This document shows positions 29,940 through 43,284 of a DNA stretch of 64,000 bases, piece by piece. Source of the stretch: Octopus sinensis (taxonomy: Eukaryota). The translations under genes were made by a program, and so were the position numbers. The first letter of the stretch is position 1, and every line of letters begins with the position of its first letter. The DNA is taken from positions 31,310,001 to 31,374,000 of the forward strand of contig NC_043000.1 in assembly GCF_006345805.1 (NCBI RefSeq), read 5' to 3'. The notes below the pieces were generated by a model, which worked only from the letters and a program-made list of their open reading frames with translations, made no database searches and had not been told where the DNA came from.

Positions 29940-30250
29940 GGATGGAGTCTCACACATTTTCCGACATCTGAAGACCTTTAAAATGGCGTCTTTTAGAGTC
30001 AGCATTACATTAAACATTCTCTATAAGAAACGCTAGGGAGCATCTCGATAGTCACTACACATCATAGAAATAGCAGCCATACTCCCTCACATCTAAGTAG
30101 ACAATGTCTCTTACAAAAACTAAAGCTTACAACACCTGTTGTGTAAATCCTAGATATGCAAAAAGATGGGACGGTTAAATTTGATATACCTAAGATTATA
30201 AGGCTTGCTCAACCGGAACTGACCTGGGGCTACAGAACAACGACAACAAC
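29940..30250 (+). repeat. Dispersed repeat family D (tagaaatagcagcc.. / ctgacctggggcta tail)
   Basis: Related segments at 41270-41445 (+), 22990-23165 (-), ~20310-20345 (-), ~60975-61000 (+). Confidence 0.5.
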
Positions 30251-33248
30251 AGCAACCTATCTGGAATTATCTCACTGTCTTTGAAATTGGAATCTAAACG
30301 AGATCGTTATGTCAGAAATATAAATAACATTATAGTCATATCAAAATTCTGTCTTGATATGGAGATTAAACTGTTAAAAACGAAACAAAAACAGATTTAT
30401 TGGTTAACGAAGATACTTTTGCATTTTAAAAGTGAAATTGTGTCTTATAATATCTCTTTAAAATACAATTATTCACGTTGTACTTTCTGCTATTGATAAT
30501 GGTTACAACGTTAAAAGTGAAACACAAACGAAACTCCATAAATCTGCTTTCAACACTGAACGTACTTTGGCTGCTGGCCAACTCGGTTTCTTTTCCGCTT
30601 CTCTGTTCTAATAATATACTAAAACACTCTTAACTCTTCCTCCCATCACCTTATTGAACGTACACCATTATCACCACCACCGCCATATAAATCTATGAAT
30701 TCAATCCAACGAGGCGGTCGTTCAATCTGCCAGATCTAGCAAGCAAATCTCCCTCAAATTTCACCTTGCTGCCTTCAAAAGAGACAAATACATTGGATAA
30801 TTTCATCCATTGTCTGGAGAAAGGAAAGCCAGTCGACATGGTAGACGTGGGTGAAGTACGTTTGAGCATCACCCGATTCAATTTGGAGCGATCTGATGCT
30901 AAACCTCAACAACTACTTCTTCATTGTAACCAACTTGTTTTCCCTTTGTGATGCATACAATAACTGCCCTCCTCGTCCTCTAATATCTACACGCTATATA
31001 TAAAAGATTTACCCACCATATAAGAACGCGTTATGTATAATATCCGCTCGCTTTCAGAATGTCAGCTACCAAATCGGCCTCCATAAATTATTGGGAGTTC
31101 CTCTTAGACTTCTGTTATAATTCCAGAAATCGGCGATGTTTTTTTAGGAATATCAGTTCAAACCAGTTGTACTGGCTCGAACTGGGCTGAGGGCCAAGGT
31201 TTGGGTGATACTCCGAGGGTGCTAGGGGCAGACTAACGTATTTACTGTTTTACGGTTTTAGTGCAGATTAATTTACTTATTACTGTGAATCCAAACAAAA
31301 TGTTTAATCAATTGAAGTTATAACCACAATGAGAAGACTAAGCCACAAATGTTAATGATAAGTTTTAAGAAAAAAATGCAAGGGAAAAAACTCCGAAATT
31401 CAGGTAAATAAAAGGTGAAAATAGAGATATGAGTGGAAGGTTGGTCTGACGTGTAGTGGACAACCCCGACATGTTTCAACCTTTTTGGACATCCTCGGTG
31501 TTATATAATCATCACAACAAACATGAACAGTCAACGTCGCCCATTGTCTCCCTTGATAAAAGGACTTTCACTTTGTTTCCCGCCAAAACAATTAACTTGT
31601 ACAACAACGGCAGTCGAATAAAGTATCTTGTATCGTTAACACGTTGTTTCAGTCTCTCTCATTTTCTTAATCTTTCATACTAAGTACTCACTACTTCCTT
31701 TAATACTCAATACTATATATATATATAACAACAACACTCGGTGATATATACTTTAACAGGTACATACCAAATTATGTCCTTTATCATTTAGTTAGGCAAG
31801 AGTGTCGTTGCGCCCATGTCTGTTGGAGGGGAAGGAGGGGTAGAGGTATTCTCAAACCAGAAACCTGATCCGAATTCTTACAACAGAGTAAACTCTGCTA
31901 GAAGTACATTAGGTGTCATGTGATGATTTTTAGAGATTTGTCTTTTCAGTGAAGACGGCGTAATAATTGGAAAATTATAAAACAATAACGCTGGAATATC
32001 TACCATGGATGTCTCCTTCGTGAAGAACATATAGTTAACTGTGGATTAATACTTAACTAACCTGTATCTGAAACTAGTTCTTCTTAAAATAGACAAGTTA
32101 AATATGTTATCTTTTTACCAAACACCAACAATTGATAGCCTCATTGTACAGATATGATTATGCTTAGCAAGCGAACATAATCATATACGATGTCTACGCA
32201 GTTATCAATGACGTTTACACTATTATATATGACATTCCAACATATTCTGCTGAGGTTTCCACAATAATAAATTACGTATAGCGAGACATCTTTGTCGTCG
32301 CTTCAATTGATTCTGACGTCAACGCATTTTTCTCTATTGGTGCTTCGTTGCTAAATATCTAATTATCATTCATGTATCTTTGATGATAATGCAGTTGATG
32401 GTATAGATGTTGACATTATTGAGTTATGAGCAAAATTCCCTCACGTGATGCTTCAGTCCTTTCTGCTTACACAAATCCAGTTTTATATTTCTCATCACAT
32501 CGCCATTGTTACATCCAAATACTATTTTTTTTCTTGATAAGTACATTATTGACAAAGCAATGTTCATTTTTATATTTACCATTTTTATTGTTTTACTCCA
32601 TCTTTACTCAATTACTCTAGCTCCATTTTTCATATTTTTGACAGTCACAAAACATTGTCTAGTCGTAGACAACGAACAAGTGTATATATTATCAGTGACA
32701 ATAAAAATAATTATTGCTATTAATCTTTACTACTACAATATTATAGTTCTATACATCACCATACAAACTGGCTCTTCTGTTTAATGATAATACTGTTGCG
32801 GCGAATTTCTCCTAAATTTCCATACTCACTCACACACAGGAATATGCACATACATGTATGCATCTTTGTATGTATGTATGCATTTGTACATGCCTGATAA
32901 TTAGCTAATGACAGGCCCAATTGCCTTCGTAGTATGAAAACCAGTTAACAATATGCTGTTGTACTTACTACATTTATGTCGGTGAACATAATACAGCAAT
33001 ATTTAATTTTCTCTCTTTCTGCGCGAAGGCCGGTAACAGATGATGTTAGATAGGGAGGTGCATCGTGTAGAGATGTATACGTTAGAGCTTCTCTATGGAA
33101 TGCAGACGGATTGGCTTTCCTTTCAGGGAAGAAGACGGCCTGTCCGCCTAACCAGCTGCTTGGCATCTTTCGAAAGCTAAAACAATTCGAGGAAATGCAT
33201 TGCGCCCAGCGATATATAATATCGTCTGATGGTCTGGTGGATACAGCA

Positions 33249-33299
<51 letters not shown>

Positions 33300-33559
33300 A
33301 GAGGAAAAATTATAATAAGGCAGAATGCTAAATTGAAAGTAAATTTTAATAAAAATGGGTGTATGGAAAATTAAAAAAGAAAAAATAATAAATCAAACCA
33401 GTTTTCATAGCAAGGCAAATTTTCAAGATTTGGAAGGGGAAAAGAAAATTTTTTTTAAATTGAGGAAGGGGAAAAAAGAAATTTACAATGTTTTTTTGCA
33501 AAAAAATAATAATACATATATACAAAAATTAATAAATAAGTATACCAATACATTGAAGA

Positions 33560-34512
33560 ATCTTTATGCTTTTAGAGTTCAATAATAGTCCTTGGAAAAA
33601 TTTCTTTGGGGGATTAAGATCCATGTGCTTAAAAGTGGTGCTTGGTTTAAAGCGTTTGGTAAATATATATATATATAGGCATTTATGTGGATACACAAAT
33701 TAGATATATTAAATATATTAAATACATTAAATATAATAGTTTGGGTACCAAATACAAAATACGTATATATGTATACCTGAGAAACGAGAGAAGACAAAAG
33801 GTGGAGACTTTCAGATGAGTTTTTAAGTATAAATATATAGATATTTATATTAATAGCTCTAACTTACGCAGAGTACAAACGACCGAAAAAGTTAAAGGGG
33901 AGGAAAAAAGGTGTCCAACAGCTGTTTCTGGGAACTTGGAGATTCATAATGATGCTGGTAGATGTAGTTCATCACAAAATGCAGCCGTGTGGATGCAGTT
34001 AACATTGGATAAGATGAACCCCCATCATCAGCGTAGAGAAGATCTTACATTTCAGATCTTAATGCAGAGAAATTCAAAGATGGAATGCTTAAATGTGAAG
34101 TGGTCGCTGTATTAGAGGAGGGACGTAGGAAGGTTGGTGGGGTTATTTAATGTATTTGATGCATATAATTTGTTTATCAGCATAATTGCCCATATACTCG
34201 CTCAAATTGATACCTCTTATACCCTTTCTTTACCTTGTGGAATCGAGATGCCCTGTAAAGACATAGGAGTGTAAGTTTGAATCCTTTGAGCACTACTGTC
34301 TTCTATGCTGAGAATCTCTGAATATCATCTGTTGACTATATATATATATATATATATAAATGTATGTTTGTATTTCAGTGTTTACAAATAACACGGAAAA
34401 AATGAATAAATAGTTACCAGGGTAGCAAAAATTCACACAAGTACCAAGGATGTGACAGCCTTCTTATAAATCTAGAAACTCCAGGTTTAGGTGAAATGAT
34501 TTGGGCTTAACT

Positions 34513-34567
<55 letters not shown>

Positions 34568-34777
34568 ATCCAAACATGAACAAAGAGAAAACACAACAAT
34601 GTGAGGACGTGGAACAAGTACAGTGTTATTGGACGCTCGGGAAAGGAAAGAAAGAGGGTTTAACGTTTCGAGCGGAGCTCTTCGTCAGAAATAGAGGAAA
34701 AAGGAAAGGTCCAAGGAAGGGAAGACGGAGAAAGAAAATCGCCAACGATACACACGCGGATATATATATATATATAT

Positions 34778-34832
<55 letters not shown>

Positions 34833-35420
34833 TATGTGTGTGTGTATGAGTGTGTATGTAAAAGCAATTATGGGGATAAACAAATTAGACGCATTAGATA
34901 TATTAAATATATTAAATGCATCGAATAAAAATATACACGCGTGCAAATCGAGACACAACAAAAAGTGGAAACTTTCGGATGATGCATTTATAAATACAGG
35001 GATATTGTGGTGAACTACATCTACCACCATTATCATAGATCGCCGAATCCCCCAGACACAGCTGTTGGACTTATAATACCTTTCTTGCACCCCTTTAATT
35101 TCCTCTGTTGTTTGTACTCCATGTAAGTTGAACCCATTAGTATAAACATCTATAAATTTATAGAAATAAATTCATCGGGAAGTTTCCACTTTTTGCTTTC
35201 TCTTGTTTTGCATGTGTACATCTTTTGTATTTGAAGTATTTAGCATATTTAATATATTTGATGTGTCTAATTTGTTAATTGCTTGTCTACCTGCTCAACT
35301 TGATCCCTCCTATAGCCTTTCTTTACCTTGTGGAATCGGTCCCCTGTAAAGACATCTCAGTCTGAGTTTGAAGCCTTTAAGCACTACTGTCTGTTATACG
35401 GAGAAAAACTGGATCTCATC
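33560..35420. repeat. Rearranged, partly inverted copies of a probable Penelope-associated repeat
   Basis: 34230-34310 matches 35310-35395 directly. 33690-33990 matches 34880-35000 directly and 35010-35270 in reverse. A hammerhead-like motif lies at 34659-34691. Confidence 0.5.
34659..34691 (-). ncRNA. Minimal hammerhead-ribozyme motif
   Basis: ttt-CTGACGA-a-gagc(tcc)gctc-GAA-ACGT-T-aaa; palindromic ACGT stem III, 3-bp stem I. Confidence 0.55.
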
Positions 35421-35932
35421 CGTGAACTAAATAACAGTTTGATTCGGCACCACATTACTTGAAGTTTCTTGGGCACGGAGTATGTCCACATCCACACACG
35501 CGTACACACACGCATGCACAAACATACACGCATACAAGCACACACATATAAAATGTACACATATATATAACAACAAAATTCATCTTTCTGTATAAAAAAA
35601 AATGTCATGACTTATGTTCAAAAGTTGAATATGTTATTTGGAGGGATAAGTTTTTCCATCAACTGTAAGAGTCGCTTTTAAGTGCTGGAAGTACGAGGAT
35701 ATTTCTGTAATACTTAAACATGGTCTGGATCTTTTGATATTTTGGCACAGGCGTGATGCTAATTGGGATTTGTTTCGTTTTAAAAATGAATTACACCATT
35801 CAGCTGAAGGAAAAATTGTTTTTAAGTTGCGTTATTGTGCGACCTTGAGCTATGATATAAAGAGGAAATAAAATATTATATTTTGTTCAAAATTACCCCC
35901 GTGTTCAAGGTAACCCCATTTCACGGTATATA

Positions 35933-36008
<76 letters not shown>

Positions 36009-36040
36009 CATACTACTATCATGTTCTTAAGAATGAAATT

Positions 36041-36290
36041 AACCTCTCTGTCTATATATCTACCCTCTTTGTAATGTTGGCAAATGAAACAGGGATAAGA
36101 ATGTGCATTGTCCGTTTAATTGGAAAATTCTATATGTGGCTGACGATTGCTCGACATTTTAAAACTGATGTAATACTTACAGTGTTAAATAAACTGAAGT
36201 AGCATGAAACAATTCTACTACTCTACCTTGGATATCCTTGTTGCTTATTTTGATTATAATCACCTCATTTGATTAATATGGATAATACCA
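36041..36290 (+). mobile_element. Penelope-like terminal-repeat fragment with degenerate hammerhead (36136-36221)
   Basis: Homologous to ~46390-46620 (-). Contains gtgg-CTGACGA..agcat-GAAAC-aatt-CTA-ctac. Confidence 0.55.
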
Positions 36291-36349
36291 TACAAAATTC
36301 TGGTGCCTTTAACTTAAGTACCATATTCATCTGAATATATATAAATATA

Positions 36350-38055
36350 TGTGTGTGTGTGTGTGTGTGTGTAGACAGACAGACAAAGATAGCTATATAT
36401 ATATATTTAATTCAGTATAGAAAATAAAAAAGAAATAATTAATGTAAAATCACTCGATAAACAGTATTTTTCTCTTTGTTCTCTGTTTGAAATATATTTC
36501 AGAAAAGACATTTCCTCTGTAACCTTCAGTGTGGCATTATATTTGACTCTGAAAAGAAACTAAACGTCTTCTGTTTGAAAGCAGTTACTTGAAGTTTACT
36601 ACCAATGTTGGAATTTCTTCATTTACATTGCAATATGAAAACCTGACAAAGAAACGTTGCCTAAAACGCTAAAATCAAATGGAAGATTTGATGCAATTAA
36701 ATTAATTCTTCTGATGTGTAAATACACCTTGGTGAATTATAATTCGCTGCGCAGACTAATGCTCTTTAAAAAAATATGATAATCTATTTCAAAGTTTTAT
36801 GTTTAATGTTTACAGCTAGAGGGCTGAATCTTAACTTGTATCTGTCTTGAGCAGAGTTCTTGACAGAAACGGTGGATTAGCCTTAAATGTTCGTCATGAG
36901 AGCCGTGAATAGCTGACATTTGTGTATGCTGAGAGGGAGGGAGGGGGGCGTTAGACATCCATAAACACACACACGCGCGCATATCCACACATCTACACAC
37001 AGATTTACATCTTCATTCCAAGGCGCAGAAGCATCGCTACGTGGGTAAGAAATTCTTTTCGCAGCCAGATTTTTAGGGTTCGATATCTCAGGAGGGAAAT
37101 AACATCTGCTATAACCCCCGGGCCACCAAGCAACCGATCAATGGTTTGTGGGGGAATTTGGTGGACAGAGAATGTGCGGAAGACCATCGTGTGTGTGCAT
37201 ATGTGTGTGTGTGTGTGTGTGTAGACAGACAGACAAAGATAGCTATATATATATATTTAATTCAGTATAGAAAATAAAAAAGAAATAATTAATGTAAAAT
37301 CACTCGATAAACAGTATTTTTCTCTTTGTTCTCTGTTTGAAATATATTTCAGAAAAGACATTTCCTCTGTAACCTTCAGTGTGGCATTTATATTTGACTC
37401 TGAAAAGAAACTAAACGTCTTCTGTTTGAAAGCAGTTACTTGAAGTTTACTACCAATGTTGGAATTTCTTCATTTACATTGCAATATGAAAACCTGACAA
37501 AGAAACGTTGCCTAAAACGCTAAAATCAAATGGAAGATTTGATGCAATTAAATTAATTCTTCTGATGTGTAAATACACCTTGGTGAATTATAATTCGCTG
37601 CGCAGACTAATGCTCTTTAAAAAAATATGATAATCTATTTCAAAGTTTTATGTTTAATGTTTACAGCTAGAGGGCTGAATCTTAACTTGTATCTGTCTTT
37701 GAGCAGAGTTCTTGACAGAAACGGTGGATTAGCCTTAAATGTTCGTCATGAGAGCCGTGAATAGCTGACATTTGTGTATGCTGAGAGGGAGGGAGGGGGG
37801 CGTTAGACATCCATAAACACACACACGCGCGCATATCCACACATCTACACACAGATTTACATCTTCATTCCAAGGCGCAGAAGCATCGCTACGTGGGTAA
37901 GAAATTCTTTTCGCAGCCAGATTTTTAGGGTTCGATATCTCAGGAGGGAAATAACATCTGCTATAACCCCCGGGCCACCAAGCAACCGATCAATGGTTTG
38001 TGGGGGGAATTTGGTGGACAGAGAATGTGCGGAAGACCATCGTGTGTGTGCATAT
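36350..38055 (+). repeat. Tandem duplication, two ~850-bp units
   Basis: gtagacagac at 36371 and 37221. Units are near-identical apart from 1-bp indels and are bounded by (GT)n; each ends in a diverged SINE A head. Confidence 0.95.
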
Positions 38056-38345
38056 GTGTGTGTGTGTGTGTATGTGTATGTGTGTGTGTGTGTATAAGCA
38101 TTTATGTATGTATATATATATGCGTGTATGTGTGCATGCATAGGTGTATGTGTATATGTATATATTATGTACGTGTGCGTATATGTATTTATGTATGTAT
38201 GTATATGTGTGTGTAGTTAGTATGTGCACGTATACATATGTATGCATGTATATAATGTATGTATGTTTGATTGTATTTGTTATATATGTTTGTGTATAGG
38301 TATGTGTGCATGAATGTGCGTATGTATGTATAAAATATAAATATA

Positions 38346-38532
38346 GGCGCAGGAGTGGCTGTGTGGTAAGTAGCTTGCAAACCAACCAACCACATGGTTC
38401 CGGGTTCAGTCCCACTGCGTGGCATCTTGGGAAAGTGTCTTCTGCTATAGCCCCGGGCCGACCAATGCCTTGTGAGTGGATTTGGTAGACGGAAACCGAA
38501 AGAAGCCCGTCGTATATATGTATATATATGTA

Positions 38533-38600
<68 letters not shown>

Positions 38601-38812
38601 TGTGTGTGTTTGTGTGTCTGTGATTGTCCCCCTAGCATTGCTTGACAACCGATGCTGATGTGTTTATGTCCCCGTTACTTAGCGGTTCGGCAAATGAGAC
38701 CGATAGAATAAGTACTGGGATTACAAAAGAATAAGTCCCGGGGTCGAGTTGCTCGATTAAAGGCGGTGCTCCAGCATGGCCGCAGTCAAATGACTGAAAC
38801 AAGTAAAAGAAT
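38346..38812 (+). mobile_element. tRNA-derived SINE family A (CORE/OR-like), full length
   Basis: Head ggcgcaggagtggctgtgtggtaag..ggttccgggttcagtccc, CORE-like catcttgggaaagtgtctt, internal (TA)n, tail cagtcaaatgactgaaacaagtaaaaga. Confidence 0.9.
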
Positions 38813-40298
38813 ATGCTATATATAGATATATAAACTCACATATGAATAACTTGTGACTTATGTTTAATGCAACAAAGGACGAAATCGCGTTATATCCGCG
38901 ACTTCACCGAGATTTACTAGCTTAGCTCTACAGAGACACAAGACTGTGGATAATTCAACTAAGAGCCGCAACGATTTTCATTTAGTTAATTACTTAAATT
39001 TTTAGTCTAAAATGATTAAACTCACTTCGGGATTTGTGAAGCCCGAATGACATTACAAGTCAAATCAACTGACAAGAGAGGTGTTGCAGCTGTTATTGTT
39101 GTTGTTGTTGTTGTCGAGTGCAGTGACCTCTAACGTGCGAGAAATTCTCCGATAATCCAGCAAAGTAAATTTTTACTGCATCTTATCCAAGAAACAAAAA
39201 CACTACAAGCTAAAACTGCCATTCCCTTAAGGCACTATTTCATCTTAACCCTTTCTCGCCGTTATTCACCTCATCATCAACACAACTCGTTGTACGTTTC
39301 TTATTCATTTTCTCACTAACCGACTGAAATTTAACCCTGACCCTGACCAACTCACAATAATATATTTGTCATTGTCCCAGTGATCTCTCCTCTTAAATTC
39401 ATAAATACACATCACAATTTGCTGCATCCTTATCTTCACATACCAGCGGCACTATGTCCTTAATTTAACTGATTTTCTTTTTTCCTGGACCTTCATAACT
39501 CTTATTAGCCATGATTGTAAAATCCCTGTAAACTATCGAACAATCCCCAGCAACGAAGAGCTCTTAGCCCTTAAATATTTCTTTGACTCCCGATCTTCAT
39601 TTAAACTTTGTAGCGCCCGACTTTTTCGTTTTCCACATGAAACGGAAAATAAGGCTGGGGAAGAAATGCCTGTCGCAAAGTGTGTTTCGTAAAAGATGGA
39701 AGTATATAGCAAGTATGTTGCGAGTGAAAGAACCTGTTTAAACGAGAATATAAAAAAGGAGAAAGCAAAGTCTTCAGTGTGAGTATGTGGTTTGTGATGT
39801 CAACCGCGCCCTCCGCTTCATCTTTTGTTAATCACTCATTCTCATTTAATTGTATATATTTTAATTGTTTGTTTATTCATACGTTTCGTCTCATTCGATA
39901 ACCTGACCCCAATGTTTGTTTTGTCTGTTCTCGTATCGTCCCCTCTTTTTCTCAACCTTATGGTGAATAAGGAAATACTCTTCTCTGCTTGAATGAATTT
40001 CTAGTTAATTATTTCCCTTCCCCAGAAGACAAACTTCTGGTTCTCTCTCTGGCTTCAGAGTTGGCTCCCAGTTATACCAACCTCTTAGTGGACCATAGCT
40101 CCGACCCAGGTCTTTTCTGTTCTCTGAACCTATCTCGGATGCATATCAATGACTGCATCAACGCTGCTGCATTCTTTCAGAATGAATTCGTTACTTTCAT
40201 TTCTGTTATCAGCGGTCTTCATTCATCTCAGCAATTTCCTTCTGCAATCTTCAACATTCCCCTCTGAACCTTCGTAGTTATCTGTGTCGTTGTCAATA

Positions 40299-40784
40299 GG
40301 GATCTTTTCGCTTTGACAGGCAGATTTTTGAAATAATTTCTGGCGGTGTCATGTGAAAATGTCACCCATAATTATGACCCTAGTATCGATCTGTTGCATT
40401 TCAATCTGTTTTAGGGTTAGGGTTAGAGTTAGAGTTAGTTAGGGTTAGTAGGGTTAGTTAGGGTTAGGGTTAGGGGTGGGGGAAGGGTATCTTTTTTTCT
40501 TCTGAAGTGTAAATAAACCCAATCTGTTTCTTAAACGAGGGACATTTTCATATGAGTCCGCCAGAAAATTTTTACGGCAGAGAATGTTTTCACCTCAATA
40601 GACGTCATTGATTGGTTGAAATTGCCAAAATTTAAGAAAATATCTTACAAACTACAGAATTTTCTCAAGAAAGCCAAGAGAAAAAGATGTTTTATAAACA
40701 CATTCTACCAGTATACGAAGTTTAAAAGTGTTTAGTTACATGGAAATTATTTTTTAAATCTGCCGGTCAAAGCGAAAAGATCCG
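40299..40784. mobile_element. MITE with ~43-bp TIRs and internal (TTAGGG)-like tract
   Basis: ggatcttttcgctttgacaggcagattt.. (40300) versus ..aaatctgccggtcaaagcgaaaagatcc (40783). Left TA is intact. ttagggttagggttag tract at ~40411-40474. Confidence 0.85.
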
Positions 40785-41621
40785 TCAGTAGTCCTCCGCT
40801 CATTATAAACCACTTCCCAACTCACACTATTCCAACTCACTCTCGCAATTCCTTCAACTCTAAACACCATTCCTGCTCCACACCGTGTTACCTTTTCTTA
40901 GTTAGTTTTGCATTCCAAAGAGAATGGTCCACATCATTGACTGAACTGTCGCACTTTTACAACAAATGCACACCTCCGAAGAAAAAAGACCCCTTTCAAC
41001 TGTTCTTCATCCGTCAAACCGTTTCGAAATTACAATCGAGTAATATTCCAACCCGTGTTTGAACATTTTAACTCACCAGGTCAACCCTTAATTTAACCGT
41101 ATGTGTAAGTGCGGGAGTGACTGTGTGTGAGTGTATGCGCGCGTGCTTGTATGAGTGTGTGTGTGTGTGTGTGTGTGTGACTACCACGTGTATGCTGTGT
41201 GTGTTCGTGTTCATATCTTCATACATGCACGTGTATCTGCGTATAGAGATAATTAACGAGGGTGTTCTTTTGTGAGATTCACTCGCTAAAAATAACAGCC
41301 GAATCTTGGACAAATTACACCCAACCTTCGTAGAAAAGGAGCTGCCCTTATAATTTAATGCTAGATATAAAGAAAACAACTAAAACTAAGATGGGTTGGT
41401 CACGTCTGGAATACTCAACCAGGACTGTCCTGGGGTTAAACCACTTGTCACTATTTTAATGGATTTCCTTCAGTTACACTGGAATAATTGGTTAAATCTT
41501 TACAATCTACGCAATTAAAACGTTTACTTTCTCATATCTTAAAAGTTTTAAAGTTACAGAAATAGCAAAAGCTACCTTAAACAACTGCTTACGCCTATGG
41601 AACAGCATTGTTGGAGAGAGG

Positions 41622-41678
<57 letters not shown>

Positions 41679-42244
41679 ATGAGAGAGCGACAGAGAGAGA
41701 GAAAAAGGCGGAGATGGTGGGAGAAACATTTTGACCCCTGATGCTGTTATATACACACACACAAACATATTTGGCCAGAATAATGTAATGGTGTTGCAAT
41801 TACTCACACAACCATATTTGGCTGCCACGCCCAAAAGAAGGCCATTTACTTAATTGACATTAATCCACCCACCAACAGACATCAACAACAATATCCTTCA
41901 GACATACTGTTTCTTCTCGCTTTCCCATTTCTAGCTTTCTACAATTAACCCCAGCATCACAATGTTCCTCTTCTCTCACATGTAAACGTTATTCGCATCT
42001 GAACTGAGCATTTTAAACACACACACACACATTATAGTGTATACACATAAAAACATTGATTGAAAAACATTGGGGAATGAATAAAGATAGAGTAACAGGT
42101 TAGTACAATTCGACGATCCTTCGATATCAGTGCATGACGTCATTCACCCACGCAACCTTTGCTCTGAAAAAGTGGATGCATGACGTCATCTCCTCATACC
42201 GACACTCTGTAGACCAATATCGAAGGCACGCCAATGTACTTAGT

Positions 42245-42440
42245 ATAGAAGGGAGTTCAGCGTAGGTATTCCCTTTTTCACTGATCTTCAGCTTTATGTT
42301 AACATCCACTGGGCAGCTAATTTCCACAACTGTGCACAGTTTCTCTTCTCTATCCCAAATCACTATATCAGGTCTGTTGTGCTTATATTTTACTGAGGTC
42401 TTCACTGGGACATTCCACCAGTATTCCTTTTTATTATGTG
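42245..42440 (-). mobile_element. RLE-type (R4/Dong/NeSL-like) non-LTR retrotransposon fragment
   Basis: KHNRPDIVIWDREEKLCTVVEISCP..KISEK..Y matches the PD..D/E..K restriction-like endonuclease motif. Confidence 0.75.
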
Positions 42441-43192
42441 TGGCTATGGCTCAAATTTGATATGTAGATACCGACGGTATCAGGGCGTGTATAAGTCTTG
42501 AAAAAATTTACAAAAATCGATTCCAGGTGAGAATGCGATCGATATAGCATTCTTTGGAATAGAAAAATGTCTATCTTTATTTCTTCTTTTGCTGGTGTCT
42601 CAAATTTAGGTTAAATCAGTGTTTCTCAAAGGGGAGGCCTATGGGACGGTCGGACAAGTTGCTTTGAGAAAATTTGGTTTAAATGTTTGACAACACAGCA
42701 CCGTCCATTGGACGGGGGACGTTTTGCTTGTAATATGTATAACAACATTATATATAGCAACACTATTTACGATAATACTGTTTAGCTGTTAGTAAAATTA
42801 ATTTGTCTGTCATTAACTGCTTGAGAAAGATAGCAAAATATATGTTCAGAGTGCTTTGTTGAGGAAATGCTTTAGTTAGAAGGCTTATGTTTTTTTACCC
42901 TGGAGGGGTGAAAGTCAAAATGGGTCTCTATGGGATTTGAACTCATAATGTCTATAGAGCAAAGCATTTTTCTCAATGCTCTTAATGCTTCTGTCCCTAT
43001 GAATAAACGGAAACATCTAAGTATATACACACACATGTATATTACATGCTCCAGCATATGGCTAAAACCAACCGAAGATAAAGGACATTTATATGTAGTT
43101 GAAATTTATAGAAAAACAAAAAAAAAAAACGAAGACAGGTGTATGAACAACAAGCAGGTGTATTTGTTTGACGCTCGGAAAAGTAGAGAAGT

Positions 43193-43228
43193 CTTTTACG
43201 TTTCGAGCCTACGCTCTTCAGCAGAAAG
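43193..43228 (-). ncRNA. Minimal hammerhead-ribozyme motif (core A6 mutated)
   Basis: cttt-CTGCTGA-a-gagc(gtag)gctc-GAA-ACGT-A-aaag. Same family as 34659; a more decayed copy lies at 50500-50534. Confidence 0.55.
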
Positions 43229-43284
43229 GAATAAGAGAAATTAAAGAGAAAAATTTTTTAAAATCTTGTTGATTTAGCGGTCAA

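Noticed and set aside
31464-31500. Minus-strand hammerhead-like string (CCGAGGA..GAAACATGTC)
   Set aside because: Core U4 is mutated and stem I is unpaired; at most a dead remnant.
32426-32784. Hydrophobic ORFs suggesting a GPCR or membrane protein
   Set aside because: T-rich composition explains them; no motifs, and the frame is not continuous.
34501-35013. 170-aa ORF
   Set aside because: It runs through (TA)n and (GT)n tracts and a repeat element.
40411-40474. True telomere or chromosome fusion site
   Set aside because: The tract is short, degenerate, single-orientation and enclosed by TIRs.
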